Positions 28,878 to 38,477 of a DNA stretch of 64,000 bases are shown here, piece after piece. This stretch comes from Planctomycetota bacterium. Its GTDB lineage: Bacteria; Planctomycetota; B15-G4. Location: positions 4,064,001 to 4,128,000 of the forward strand of contig CBDFJQ010000002.1 in NCBI GenBank assembly GCA_965248575.1. Reading direction: 5' to 3'. The notes beneath the pieces are model-generated. The model was not told the origin of the DNA, made no database searches, and saw nothing but the letters and a program-made list of their open reading frames with translations. Each line of letters begins with the position of its first letter. Positions within the stretch are counted from its first letter, which is position 1. The translations under genes and the position numbers were made by a program.

Positions 28878-31800
28878 ATGAGCGACAACAAGGACATCAG
28901 CCCGGAGATGGCCGCCAAGATCGCGGCCATCAAGGCGCGCATGCAAGGTGGCGGTGGTGGTGCTGACAGCGGCGAAGCCGCAGCACCCAAGGACGCCCCC
29001 GCCGAGGCGGCGGCTGCACCCGCGGACCCCGCCGACGCCAAGGCAGCGCAGATGGCAGCCATCAAGGCCCGCCTGGCCGGTGGCAAGGCCGCTGGCGGTG
29101 GGGCGGCCAAGAAGGCTGCAGGCGCCGACGACGCAGGCGCTTCCGGTGGCGAGGCCGCTGCGGGCGACGACATGCAGGCTCGCATCGCCGCGCTCAAGGC
29201 CAAGGTCGACTTGGGCAAGGGCAAGGACGCGCCCGCCGCTGCGGCGGCCGCCAAGCCGGCAGCCAAGAAAAAGGGCGGCAAGAACGTCTACCCCGTGCAG
29301 CCCATCAACAAGACGGGTTTCGGCGACGACCGGCTCTACAGCGACACTTCCGTCAGCAAGGTGTTCATCCTCAGCAGCCTCGTGCTCACGGTGTCCGTGT
29401 TCATGATGTGGGGGCGCGACCACATTCGTGACTGGAAGCAGTATCAGAGCGCCCACCGGGAGCGCCAGATCGAGCGCTTGACGGCCGAGATCGAGGCCGC
29501 CGACGCGGCCGTGGACTCGGGGAGCCTCGCCGACCTGGACTCCCGCCTGGCTGCGGCCGAAGCCGCCCTCGAGGGCAATGAGGACAAGCGCGAAGAGCTG
29601 CAGGCCGAGGTGGACCGCCGCGACGGCACTTACTACGGCGCCAATCAGAAGTTCCAGATCGCGAAGTCCGAGTTCGACGCGGTGCGCTACGCCTTCGAGG
29701 AGTACCGCCTCGCCCACGGTGACGACGACGAGCTGCTGGCCGAGAGCCGCGCGGACATCCGCCAGAACAGCGAAGAGGTCGACGCCCTGCGCCTGGCCGC
29801 GGACAACGCGAACAACGAGTTCCTGAAAGCCAAGCAAACTCTCGCGTCACTCAGCTCCGACATCACGACGCTGGGTCGCGAGCGCGACGCGCTGGTGGAG
29901 TCGAAGTCCAGGCTCGAGGGGACCCTGGGCAAGATCGACCGCGGCATCTTCAACGACTTCATCCGCAACGCGCCCGTGGCCGACATGCTGGCGCCGACCC
30001 TGAAGATCGACAAGATCGTGCTCGACAAGCTGCACGACAACTACAACTTCATGTACGTCGACAAGGTCGACATGTGCATCACCTGCCACGTGTCCATCGC
30101 CGACCCCTACTACAGCGATTGGGATCCCGACAACTCGAAGCAGAACGACAGCTTCACCGGGGAGCGCGTCCTGAACGCCCACCCGCGTCTCGATCTCTTC
30201 GTGGCAGACGACAGCCCGCACCCCATGGGTGATTTCGGCTGCACCACCTGTCACCAGGGTCGCGGCCAGGCCGTGGAGTTCGAGCGCACCTTCCACACCC
30301 CGGGCGCCGACCAGTGGGAGACGGCCGAAGAGAAGCAAGCGCGCTGGGTCGCGGACTACAACTACGACCCCGAGCGGCACTACTGGGACTGGCCCATGGC
30401 GCCGTCGGGTACGTACTACTCGTCCTGCTATCAGTGCCACACCGAGACCGATCGCATTCCGGGCGTGCCCGAGTACAACGAGTCGCGTGGGTTGGTGGAG
30501 GAGCTGGGCTGCTACGGCTGCCACAAGATCGACGGCTTCCAGCACTTGCGCAAGGCGGGCCCGGATCTCACGAACATCGCGGCGAAGACCAGCGAAGAGT
30601 GGTCCCAGAAGTGGGCCATCTCTCCCCGGGAATTCCGTCCGAGCACGCGCATGCCGCACTTCTGGAACCTGTCCAACGTGGGCGGCGAAGGGGACGAGCG
30701 GCAGGATCACGGTCGCCGTCACGAGAACAACTCGGACGACTTCGTGGACGATTGGCGCGCTCGCAATGACGTCGAGGCCCGGGCCGTGGTGGCCTACATC
30801 TTCGATCAGTCCCGCCAGGCCATGGCGGCGGATCGGGACGGCTGGCAGCCTCTGACGCCGCCCAGCGGTGATGGCGACCCCGACAACGGCCGCGATGTGT
30901 TTGAGCAGCGCGGCTGCCTCGGTTGCCACAGCGTGGAGACCGAAGACTGGCTCGCCAACGACCACGGCCCCGACCTCTCCCGCATCGGAAACAAGGTCGA
31001 GCCCAAGTGGCTGTACAGCTGGATCATGGACCCGAAGTCCTACTTCGAGACCACGGTCATGCCCGACCTGAGGCTCACGCCCCAGGAGGCCTGGGACATC
31101 ACCGCTTGGCTCTTGTCCCTCAAGAGCGATGAGTGGGCTGAGCTGGAAGCGCCCTCGTCGGACTCCGCCACGCTCAGCAGCATTGCCGTGGAGCAGCTCT
31201 CTGCTGTGGCCGGCGACGACTGGGCCAAGGAAGAGGTTGCTGCCATGCGCGCAGAGGGTGGCGAGAAGGCGGTCGAACTCTTCGTGGGTGAGAAGCTCTT
31301 CAGCCGCTTTGGCTGCGCGGGCTGCCACCTGGTTCCCGGGCACTACGACGATGTGGGCATTGGCACAGAGCTGACCAACGAGAGCCTCAAGGAGCTCTCG
31401 AAGTTCGACTTCGGTCACGAGGCGGCACACGCCAACCCAGAGGCCGTGGGTCACTCACGGCGTGCGTTCTACGAGCACAAGCTCGTCGACCCTCGGGTCT
31501 ACGATCGCATGCCGGTCGTGGTGTCGGATGCCGAAGGCGACGCGGCGGTCAGCCACTACGAGCAGAAGGTCAAGCGGCCGGGCGAGAAGCTGAAGATGCC
31601 GAACTTCGGTCTCGACGACCGGGAGGTTGGCTTGTTGGTTCAGTTCCTGATGGGTACCCGCGCCGACGGCATCGATGCCTCCATGATGCAGACCTTGGAC
31701 GCCGATGCGGCCATGATCGAAGAGGGCTCACGCCTGATCACGAAGTTCAACTGCATCGGCTGTCACCGCATGGGGCAGTTGCCCAAGGTGCTGGATCTTG

Positions 31801-32618
31801 CGAACACCGATTGGGACGAGCACCTGGCCAACGTGGAGACCGCCATCGAGCAGGGGCTGGACGACGGCCTCTGGTTGGCCGAGCCTCTGGTGGTGAATGG
31901 CACGACGCTGTTCAACAAGGGCGACTGGCTGCTCGACGAGTACTACAGCGAGGAGTTTGAGGAGGACGCCGACATCCTCGAGTTCTTCGAGGACGATCCG
32001 GACAACCGGCCGTTGCCCAACACCGTGCTCGTCTACGGCTTGGGTGAGGGCGGCATGGGCAACTACATCGACGAAGCGGCCCTGCGTCCGCCGGTCTTCC
32101 GCGGCCAAGGTGGCAAGGTGAACCCCGACTGGCTCTTCGAGTTTCTGCTCGATCCGTACATCGTCCGAACGCATGTCGAAGTGCGCATGCCGACGTTCGG
32201 TCTCACCTCTGCCGAGTCCCTGGCCCTGGTGCGTTGGTTCGCTGCCCAGGATGACCAGCCCTGGCCCTTCGAGGTGGATGACGACCCCGTCCTGGATCAA
32301 GAGCTCTTCGATTTCGGCGAGTCCGTCTTCAACGAGTTCCAGTGCAACCAGTGCCACCCCTCGGGTGCCGCTTTGCCCAGCAACCCGGAGAAGGGCAACT
32401 GGGGCCCGGACCTGGCCTTGGCCTCGGAGCGCCTGAAGTCCGGTTGGGTTCACGGTTGGCTGGAAGATCCCCAACAGCTCGCTCCCGGAACCCGGATGCC
32501 GAACTTCTTCGGCGAGTTCGGCGACAACGAGTACACCTCGTACTACGACGATTGGGCCGAGCGCGTGCGCGCCGTGCAGCACTATCTGAAGCACATGGAT
32601 GCGGCAGGAGACTCTTAG
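28878..32618 (+). CDS. Membrane-anchored octaheme cytochrome c (1246 aa)
   Basis: Eight CxxCH: CITCH, CTTCH, CYQCH, CYGCH, CLGCH, CAGCH, CIGCH, CNQCH; repeated GPDL...MP distal-Met motifs; TM near residues 160-177, then a coiled coil. Confidence 0.92.
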   Translation: MSDNKDISPEMAAKIAAIKARMQGGGGGADSGEAAAPKDAPAEAAAAPADPADAKAAQMAAIKARLAGGKAAGGGAAKKAAGADDAGASGGEAAAGDDMQARIAALKAKVDLGKGKDAPAAAAAAKPAAKKKGGKNVYPVQPINKTGFGDDRLYSDTSVSKVFILSSLVLTVSVFMMWGRDHIRDWKQYQSAHRERQIERLTAEIEAADAAVDSGSLADLDSRLAAAEAALEGNEDKREELQAEVDRRDGTYYGANQKFQIAKSEFDAVRYAFEEYRLAHGDDDELLAESRADIRQNSEEVDALRLAADNANNEFLKAKQTLASLSSDITTLGRERDALVESKSRLEGTLGKIDRGIFNDFIRNAPVADMLAPTLKIDKIVLDKLHDNYNFMYVDKVDMCITCHVSIADPYYSDWDPDNSKQNDSFTGERVLNAHPRLDLFVADDSPHPMGDFGCTTCHQGRGQAVEFERTFHTPGADQWETAEEKQARWVADYNYDPERHYWDWPMAPSGTYYSSCYQCHTETDRIPGVPEYNESRGLVEELGCYGCHKIDGFQHLRKAGPDLTNIAAKTSEEWSQKWAISPREFRPSTRMPHFWNLSNVGGEGDERQDHGRRHENNSDDFVDDWRARNDVEARAVVAYIFDQSRQAMAADRDGWQPLTPPSGDGDPDNGRDVFEQRGCLGCHSVETEDWLANDHGPDLSRIGNKVEPKWLYSWIMDPKSYFETTVMPDLRLTPQEAWDITAWLLSLKSDEWAELEAPSSDSATLSSIAVEQLSAVAGDDWAKEEVAAMRAEGGEKAVELFVGEKLFSRFGCAGCHLVPGHYDDVGIGTELTNESLKELSKFDFGHEAAHANPEAVGHSRRAFYEHKLVDPRVYDRMPVVVSDAEGDAAVSHYEQKVKRPGEKLKMPNFGLDDREVGLLVQFLMGTRADGIDASMMQTLDADAAMIEEGSRLITKFNCIGCHRMGQLPKVLDLANTDWDEHLANVETAIEQGLDDGLWLAEPLVVNGTTLFNKGDWLLDEYYSEEFEEDADILEFFEDDPDNRPLPNTVLVYGLGEGGMGNYIDEAALRPPVFRGQGGKVNPDWLFEFLLDPYIVRTHVEVRMPTFGLTSAESLALVRWFAAQDDQPWPFEVDDDPVLDQELFDFGESVFNEFQCNQCHPSGAALPSNPEKGNWGPDLALASERLKSGWVHGWLEDPQQLAPGTRMPNFFGEFGDNEYTSYYDDWAERVRAVQHYLKHMDAAGDS

Positions 32619-32646
32619 CTCCTAGCTGGATTCGCCCCAATCGCCA

Positions 32647-32702
32647 TAGGCCCCATGCGCTAAGCCCCATGCGCTAGGCCACGTGCGCTAGGCCACGTGC
32701 GC
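32647..32702. repeat. Tandem repeat, 4 x 14 bp
   Basis: TAGGCCCCATGCGC, TAAGCCCCATGCGC, TAGGCCACGTGCGC, TAGGCCACGTGCGC; contiguous, between convergent genes. Confidence 0.9.
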
Positions 32703-32849
32703 TCACCATGCGTTAGCATGGGAGCACTGCTTCCCGCCGTCGGGCGGGGCCACCAGTCACGCTTCCTCCGTTTTGACAAACACGCGGCGGTGCCATGCCT
32801 ACAACGCATGGTGCCGCCGCGCTGTCGTTCGGGCCCGGCTGCGCGGCTC

Positions 32850-33917
32850 CTAGGCCGTGCCCTCCAGCTCTTCGAGGATGCGCAGGTAGCCCTCATAGCG
32901 GGCCGGGTCGAAGAGCTCTTCGTCCACGGCATCGATCACTGCGCACTCGGGTTCGTCCTGGTGCAGGCAATTGGTGAACTTGCACATCTCGGGCAGCCGG
33001 CCGAAGCCCGGGAACAGTCGCGCGAGCTCCGCCGGGGGGATGTCATCCAGGCCGAACTCACGGATGCCCGGGGTGTCCACCACCCAGCCCCCTGCCTGCA
33101 GGGGCTTGAGGGAGACACGCGTGGTGGTGTGGCGACCTCGGCCGTGATGAGTCGTGACGCGGCCGACGCTGAGGCGCAGGCCGGGGCTGACGGCGTTGAG
33201 CAGGCTGGACTTGCCCACGCCTGAGTGGCCCACGAGCAGGCTGATGCCCTCACTCATCTCCTCGCGCAGGCCCTCGATGCCCGTGCCAGTCTCGGCGCTG
33301 GTGATGTGCATGGGCAACCGCTCTCGGGCATAGGGCTCCAGGCACTGGGCGGCCAGCTCGATGCCGTCCTCTTCCAGATCCACCTTGTTCACGACGATGA
33401 CCGCATCGATGCCCTCCATGTCGGTGGCCACCAGGAAGCGGTCCACGAGGCCCGGCCGGAAGGGTGGGTCGAAGAGGGCAGAGACTATGATCAGGCGGTC
33501 GATGTTCGCGGCGATGACCTGCACGGCGGACGTGCGGCCGCCGCGCCCCTTGGAGCGGGAGCCGTCGCGACCTGCGGGCTGGGGGCGTGCGAGGCGGTTG
33601 CGGCGCTGGCAGATCTCCTCCACCACGCCATCGTCGTCCCCGTGCACCCGCACGACCACCCGGTCGCCTACGGCCACGGGCCGGCTCTCGTCCCGCTCGG
33701 CTGCCCAGACGTTGCCGCGCAGGGTGCAGCGCAGCCCCTTGTGCGCAGCGGGCGAAGTGTCGGGGGTTGGCTCGACAGCCGCTGCACTCTCGTGCGGCGA
33801 AGCCGCCGCACCATCCAGCCAGACACGAATGGAGCGGGAGCCCACCTCAGTGACGATTCCCTGCTGCGTGCCGCCCGCATCTCCCGCAGACGTCACGAAA
33901 TGCCGTCCGCTGCCCAA
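32850..33917 (-). CDS. rsgA: Ribosome small subunit-dependent GTPase A
   Basis: VAVGDRV, IAANID, NKVD, GHSGVGKSS, GRHTTT, DTPG and CKFTNCLHQDEPEC. Confidence 0.95.
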   Translation of the reverse strand: MGSGRHFVTSAGDAGGTQQGIVTEVGSRSIRVWLDGAAASPHESAAAVEPTPDTSPAAHKGLRCTLRGNVWAAERDESRPVAVGDRVVVRVHGDDDGVVEEICQRRNRLARPQPAGRDGSRSKGRGGRTSAVQVIAANIDRLIIVSALFDPPFRPGLVDRFLVATDMEGIDAVIVVNKVDLEEDGIELAAQCLEPYARERLPMHITSAETGTGIEGLREEMSEGISLLVGHSGVGKSSLLNAVSPGLRLSVGRVTTHHGRGRHTTTRVSLKPLQAGGWVVDTPGIREFGLDDIPPAELARLFPGFGRLPEMCKFTNCLHQDEPECAVIDAVDEELFDPARYEGYLRILEELEGTA

Positions 33918-33942
33918 GATGCCGTGACCCGCTGACCCATGC

Positions 33943-35361
33943 TCAACGCTTGCGCGGGCGGATATAGCCCTGGAGCGTGCGCTTGTACGCAGGGGGTGCT
34001 GGCGGCTTCTTGGTCTCGGCGGTGACGGTCCTCACGCTGCTCTCGAAGCCGTCGTACTGGGCCGAAGGGATGATCTGGTTGATGAGCTTCTCGATGCCCG
34101 TCAGGAACTGACCGTCCTCCGGGGTGACGAAGGTCGCGGCCCGGCCCCGCTTGCCCATGCGCGCGGTGCGGCCGATGCGGTGCACGTAGTCTTCGGCGTT
34201 CTCGGGGATGTCGAAGTTGATGACGTGGCTCACATCCGAGATGTCGATGCCGCGCGCCGCCACATCCGTCGCGATGAGGTACGGGAACTTACCCTCCCGG
34301 AAGTCAGCCAGGATCCGCTCGCGCTTCTTCTGGGGTAGCCCGCTGTGGATCTCCTGCGCCCCGAGATTGCGCTTCTGCAGGCGCTCGGCCAGGCGGTCGG
34401 CGCCGATCTTCGTGCGCGTGAAGATGATGGAGCGCTCAGGCTTCTCGCGCTTCAGGATTTCGATCAGCAGCTTGGTCTTCAGGGTGCGGTCCACCGAGAA
34501 GAGGCTTTGGTCCACCTCCTCCACGGTCATCTTGTCGGGCGCGAGGAAGACCTGCGCCGGGTCGTTCATGTAGCGCGCGGCGAGGTTCAGGACCTCATCG
34601 GAGAGGGTGGCGCTGAACAGCATGGTCTGACGCCGGCCAGGAGCCTGGCGCATGATCTTGTCGATGTCGTCCCGGAAGCCGAGATCGAACATGCGGTCCG
34701 CCTCGTCCAGGATGAGCATGTCCAGGTCGGACACCTTGATGGTGCCGCGTCCCATGTGATCCATGAGACGACCCGGGGTGGCCGCCAGCACCTTGGGGTC
34801 CTTCTTCAGCTCGTCGAGCTGGTTCTTCATGGGGTCGCCGCCGTAGATGGCGAGACAACGCACGTCCATGAAGTGCCCGAGCCGCTTGCCCTCGGCGGCG
34901 ACCTGCATGGCGAGCTCGCGGGTGGGGACGACCACGAGCACACGTGGGCCCGGTCGATCCGTGAGCATCTGCAAAGAGGGGACCAGGAAGGCGGCGGTCT
35001 TGCCCGTCCCGGTTCGTGCCTGCCCGATGATGTCACGCTCTTCGAGCGCGTGGGGCAGTGTGCGAGCCTGGATCGGCGAGGGCGTCTTGTAGCCGGTGCG
35101 GGCAAGGCCTCGGACCAGCTCGGGCTTCAGGTTGAACTCGGCGAAGGCGCAGTCTTCGACCGGAACGCCGATCTGTTCGTCCTTCTGCTCAGTCGAATTG
35201 TCGACCTGTTGGTCGTTCCCCTCGGCGGAAGTCGAATCCGCCGGGGAGCCAGCCTCCGGCCCCGAGGCTGATTCGGACGAGGGGGCAGCGCCTCCGGCAC
35301 GAGGGGACGAGCGGCGACGACGCCGCGTACGGGCCGGCTTGCGGGGAGATTCCTCGGACAT
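33943..35361 (-). CDS. DEAD-box RNA helicase
   Basis: PSPIQ, TGTGKT, PTRELA, TPGR, DEAD, SAT, ARGID and HRIGRTAR. Confidence 0.95.
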   Translation of the reverse strand: MSEESPRKPARTRRRRRSSPRAGGAAPSSESASGPEAGSPADSTSAEGNDQQVDNSTEQKDEQIGVPVEDCAFAEFNLKPELVRGLARTGYKTPSPIQARTLPHALEERDIIGQARTGTGKTAAFLVPSLQMLTDRPGPRVLVVVPTRELAMQVAAEGKRLGHFMDVRCLAIYGGDPMKNQLDELKKDPKVLAATPGRLMDHMGRGTIKVSDLDMLILDEADRMFDLGFRDDIDKIMRQAPGRRQTMLFSATLSDEVLNLAARYMNDPAQVFLAPDKMTVEEVDQSLFSVDRTLKTKLLIEILKREKPERSIIFTRTKIGADRLAERLQKRNLGAQEIHSGLPQKKRERILADFREGKFPYLIATDVAARGIDISDVSHVINFDIPENAEDYVHRIGRTARMGKRGRAATFVTPEDGQFLTGIEKLINQIIPSAQYDGFESSVRTVTAETKKPPAPPAYKRTLQGYIRPRKR

Positions 35362-35534
35362 GTCCAACTCAAGTGGGGGATCGGACGGGCGCGCCTCAGG
35401 CGCACACGCGGTCTTGCACAACACACGATGCCGTCTGAACAGCGCTTTTCACAAGTCTCGGAGGGGTTCGAAGCTCAAAGAGGTGGGTCCGTTATCCTCA
35501 CCCAGCCCGTTTCCCGGAGCCCTCGGTAGCCGCT

Positions 35535-36710
35535 GTGACGACATCCCAAGACAACTCCCGGCGCCTCGGCTACTGCACGAATGTGCACCCCTACTCCGAC
35601 CTGTCCGGGATGCTCCAGGCCCTGGAGAGCTGCGCAGCACCGGTTCGGGAGCGACTCGTGGCCCGCGGCCGACTGGGCTCGGATGAGCCCCTGGGTGTCG
35701 GTCTCTGGTTTCCCGCAGCCGTGGCGGCAGAGGTTGCCAAGGATCCCGGCCCACTTGCAGCTCATCTGCAGCGCTGGAAGCTGGACGCTTTCACGGTGAA
35801 CGCCTTCCCCCACGGCGTCTTCCATGGAGACGTGGTGAAGGATGCGGTCTTCCGGCCGGCGTGGGGTGAGCACGAACGACTGCGCTACACCTTGGAGGCA
35901 GCGCGAGCCCTGGCGGGCCTCCTGCCCGAGGGCGCGACCGGCTCCCTGAGCACCCACACGGGAGCCTACAAGGCTTGGGGACCGCCTCTCGCCGACGGGG
36001 CGGCCATTGCTAAGGGGCTCCTGAAGGCCGCGGACGGATTGGCCCGCCTGGAGGACGAGACAGGTCGCCGCATCGTCTTGGGCCTCGAACCGGAGCCTCT
36101 CTCCTTTCTTGAAACGACCCCGGAGGTGATCCGGTTCTTCGAGCGCCACCTGCATCCGACGGGCGAGGCTGCGCGCCGTTACCTCGGGCTCTGCTACGAC
36201 GCCTGCCACCAGGCGGTGGAATTCGAGGACATGGCCGAGTCCCTGCGAGCCCTGCGCGAGGCGGGTGTCCCGCTGGCCAAGGTGCAGTTGTCTTCGGCGA
36301 TCCGCCTTCCCGCGCCTCAGACGGATCGTGCGCTGCTGGAGCCGCTCTCCCAGGACCGCTGGTTCCATCAGGTGGTCGCACGCATGACGGACGGCGATCT
36401 GGTGCGTTACCCCGATTTGCCCGTGGCCTTGGCGGACGCCTCGGAAGCCGCTGCGGATGAGTGGCGGGTTCACTATCACGTGCCCATTTTTGCCGATCGC
36501 CTGGACGCCGAGAGCCGACTGATGACGACCCGGCCGCAGCTGGAGGAGCTCATGGCGCTGCTGGCTGCCGAGGAGGGGCCGTTACACGCAGAAATCGAGA
36601 CCTACACCTGGCATGCCATCCCGGCGGAACGTCGAGCGGCGCTGGGGGTTCATACCCTCACGGACTGTCTCGAGCAGGAGTTCCTATGGGCCATGGACCA
36701 CCTCGGCTGA
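35535..36710 (+). CDS. eboE: EboE-family TIM-barrel protein
   Basis: YCTNVHP, NAFPHGVFH, EPEP, CYDACHQAVEFE, KVQLSSA, WRVHYHVP and EIETYTW. Confidence 0.85.
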   Translation: MTTSQDNSRRLGYCTNVHPYSDLSGMLQALESCAAPVRERLVARGRLGSDEPLGVGLWFPAAVAAEVAKDPGPLAAHLQRWKLDAFTVNAFPHGVFHGDVVKDAVFRPAWGEHERLRYTLEAARALAGLLPEGATGSLSTHTGAYKAWGPPLADGAAIAKGLLKAADGLARLEDETGRRIVLGLEPEPLSFLETTPEVIRFFERHLHPTGEAARRYLGLCYDACHQAVEFEDMAESLRALREAGVPLAKVQLSSAIRLPAPQTDRALLEPLSQDRWFHQVVARMTDGDLVRYPDLPVALADASEAAADEWRVHYHVPIFADRLDAESRLMTTRPQLEELMALLAAEEGPLHAEIETYTWHAIPAERRAALGVHTLTDCLEQEFLWAMDHLG

Positions 36711-36832
36711 CAGCCTGCGCCATGGGGCAGCCCCGTCGCTGGCTCAGATTATCCCTGTCACTCGCGTCGACCTTTGCCGTCATGCGAAAGTGCTCGGCCC
36801 TTGTTTGGGAATGTCCCGGAGAGAAACACACC

Positions 36833-38401
36833 ATGAATCTGGCTGCCGTCGCACAGGGGCTCCTGTGCAGCGCACTCCTGTCGTCCCCGCTGGCTTTGGC
36901 CTCGGTCCCGGCCCTGGCCGCCACCGTGACTTCCGAAGACGGGGACGTGGCACGGGATGAGGCCCTGTCCTCCTTGATGAAGTCCGCCTTCCCGGCGGGC
37001 CGGCCCCCGGTGAACGTTCACGGAAGCGGCAGTCGGGAGGCTTTCTTGGACCTGCTCTCGAGTGACCTGTTCCTCCACGCCGCCATCGGGCCCTTCGATG
37101 TGTTCGTGATGAAGGCAGACGCCCTGGCCTCCGAGGCAGAGGCGCGCAAGGTGCTCACCCAGGCCACGGCTGGGCTCGAACCCGCAGTGAGGGTGATGCG
37201 TCGCTACTTCGGCGGCGAGGCAGGTCTCGTCTCAGGCCGACGCTTTCCCATCGCACTGGCCAGCTCCGACGGCAGTGACTCCCAGCCGGCCTTCGCCCAA
37301 CTCGTGGCGCTGCTGGACTGGGCGGAGGATGACTACACCGCCTGGAAGCCCGCCGGCAATGCGGTCTGGGACATGGAGCTCCTGCAGGCCGAGACCGTAC
37401 GGACCTGGGAAGTGCAGCTCTTCAACCTGGCCCATGAAACTGTGGCTGGGCACGGCAGCTCGTTCTTCGAGCACGGTCTGGGTTACTACAGCCTGGCGCA
37501 TGTGGCAGCGCGCGTCCTGCGCCAGGGCTCGTGGGGCTTGGTGCCTCCTTGGTTGGCCCAGGGGCTCATCGACGAATTGGACATCGCTGCCTACGGCGAG
37601 GCCTGGGTGGGTGGTGACTGGTGGGAACGACAGACGGAAGGGTGGTTTCGTCCCGGTTGGTCCGGTTTCGTTCCCCAGGGCTCGTCGCCACCGCCACCGG
37701 TCACAGGGCCTCCAGCCAACCTGGCGGTCACTGTCTCGAAGACGGGCGACAGTTGGCAGCACCGCGCCAACAGCCGCACGCGGCATTGGACGGAACTGGT
37801 GGCGGACGGCGACAGCGAGGCACCGGCCAGTTTCCTTTTCATGGCGGAGCACGAGAGCTTCTTGCCGCGGGATCGTGCGTACGCGAGATGCCTGCTGCAC
37901 CTCTTGATGGAGATCGCGCCCAGCCAGCAAGGCCTCCTCTCGGAGCAGCTGGACCGGATTCCCTCCACGCCTCCGAGTGGCATGCCCGATGCCGACCCCA
38001 TCACGGTCGTGCTGAACCGCTTGCTGGGGGGCGTGCCTGAGGTGGACGCCCTGGAGGCCATGCCCCTACGCGAGTTGATCCAGGTGATCGAGCGGCCAGA
38101 GATCGGTGCGCAAATCGAGGCCTTGGGGGGCGAGGCGCTCTTGGATCTGGCGGACCATCGGCTGCAAGCGGATTGGCTCTTCCGGCAGTCTCCCGAGGAC
38201 CTGGAATGGGACACGCGCAATGAGCTGTGGCGCCTCATCCTCGAGGCGGAGTACTACCAGCAGCTGCACGAGTGGAAGCCGCTGGGCAAGGCCTTGGATC
38301 TGGCAGCCCGCGCTGCCTTTGAGGCCAGCCCCGGTTACCCGACCCGGGACAGTTCGCGGAAGCGGGCGGGGCAGGCCTTCTGGAGTGCCCTGGCCCGATA
38401 G
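36833..38401 (+). CDS. Hypothetical secreted protein
   Basis: ATG 36833 with a signal peptide (ALA-type cleavage); coding-like composition; weak resemblance to a degenerate gluzincin. Confidence 0.65.
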   Translation: MNLAAVAQGLLCSALLSSPLALASVPALAATVTSEDGDVARDEALSSLMKSAFPAGRPPVNVHGSGSREAFLDLLSSDLFLHAAIGPFDVFVMKADALASEAEARKVLTQATAGLEPAVRVMRRYFGGEAGLVSGRRFPIALASSDGSDSQPAFAQLVALLDWAEDDYTAWKPAGNAVWDMELLQAETVRTWEVQLFNLAHETVAGHGSSFFEHGLGYYSLAHVAARVLRQGSWGLVPPWLAQGLIDELDIAAYGEAWVGGDWWERQTEGWFRPGWSGFVPQGSSPPPPVTGPPANLAVTVSKTGDSWQHRANSRTRHWTELVADGDSEAPASFLFMAEHESFLPRDRAYARCLLHLLMEIAPSQQGLLSEQLDRIPSTPPSGMPDADPITVVLNRLLGGVPEVDALEAMPLRELIQVIERPEIGAQIEALGGEALLDLADHRLQADWLFRQSPEDLEWDTRNELWRLILEAEYYQQLHEWKPLGKALDLAARAAFEASPGYPTRDSSRKRAGQAFWSALAR

Positions 38402-38477
38402 GACTGGACTTGGGGACAGCCCGTGGCTGAACCCGTAGCTAGGCTGGCGGCTTCACGAAGGCACTTGGGAATCTAAG

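Noticed and set aside
26317..32618. Evidence for anammox or other lithotrophy
   Set aside because: No hydrazine synthase, HAO-like or NAD(P) oxidoreductase genes in the window; heme A synthesis points to aerobic respiration.
32647..32702. Possible CRISPR array (also 39927-39969)
   Set aside because: Units are 12-14 bp and contiguous, with no spacers and no cas genes.
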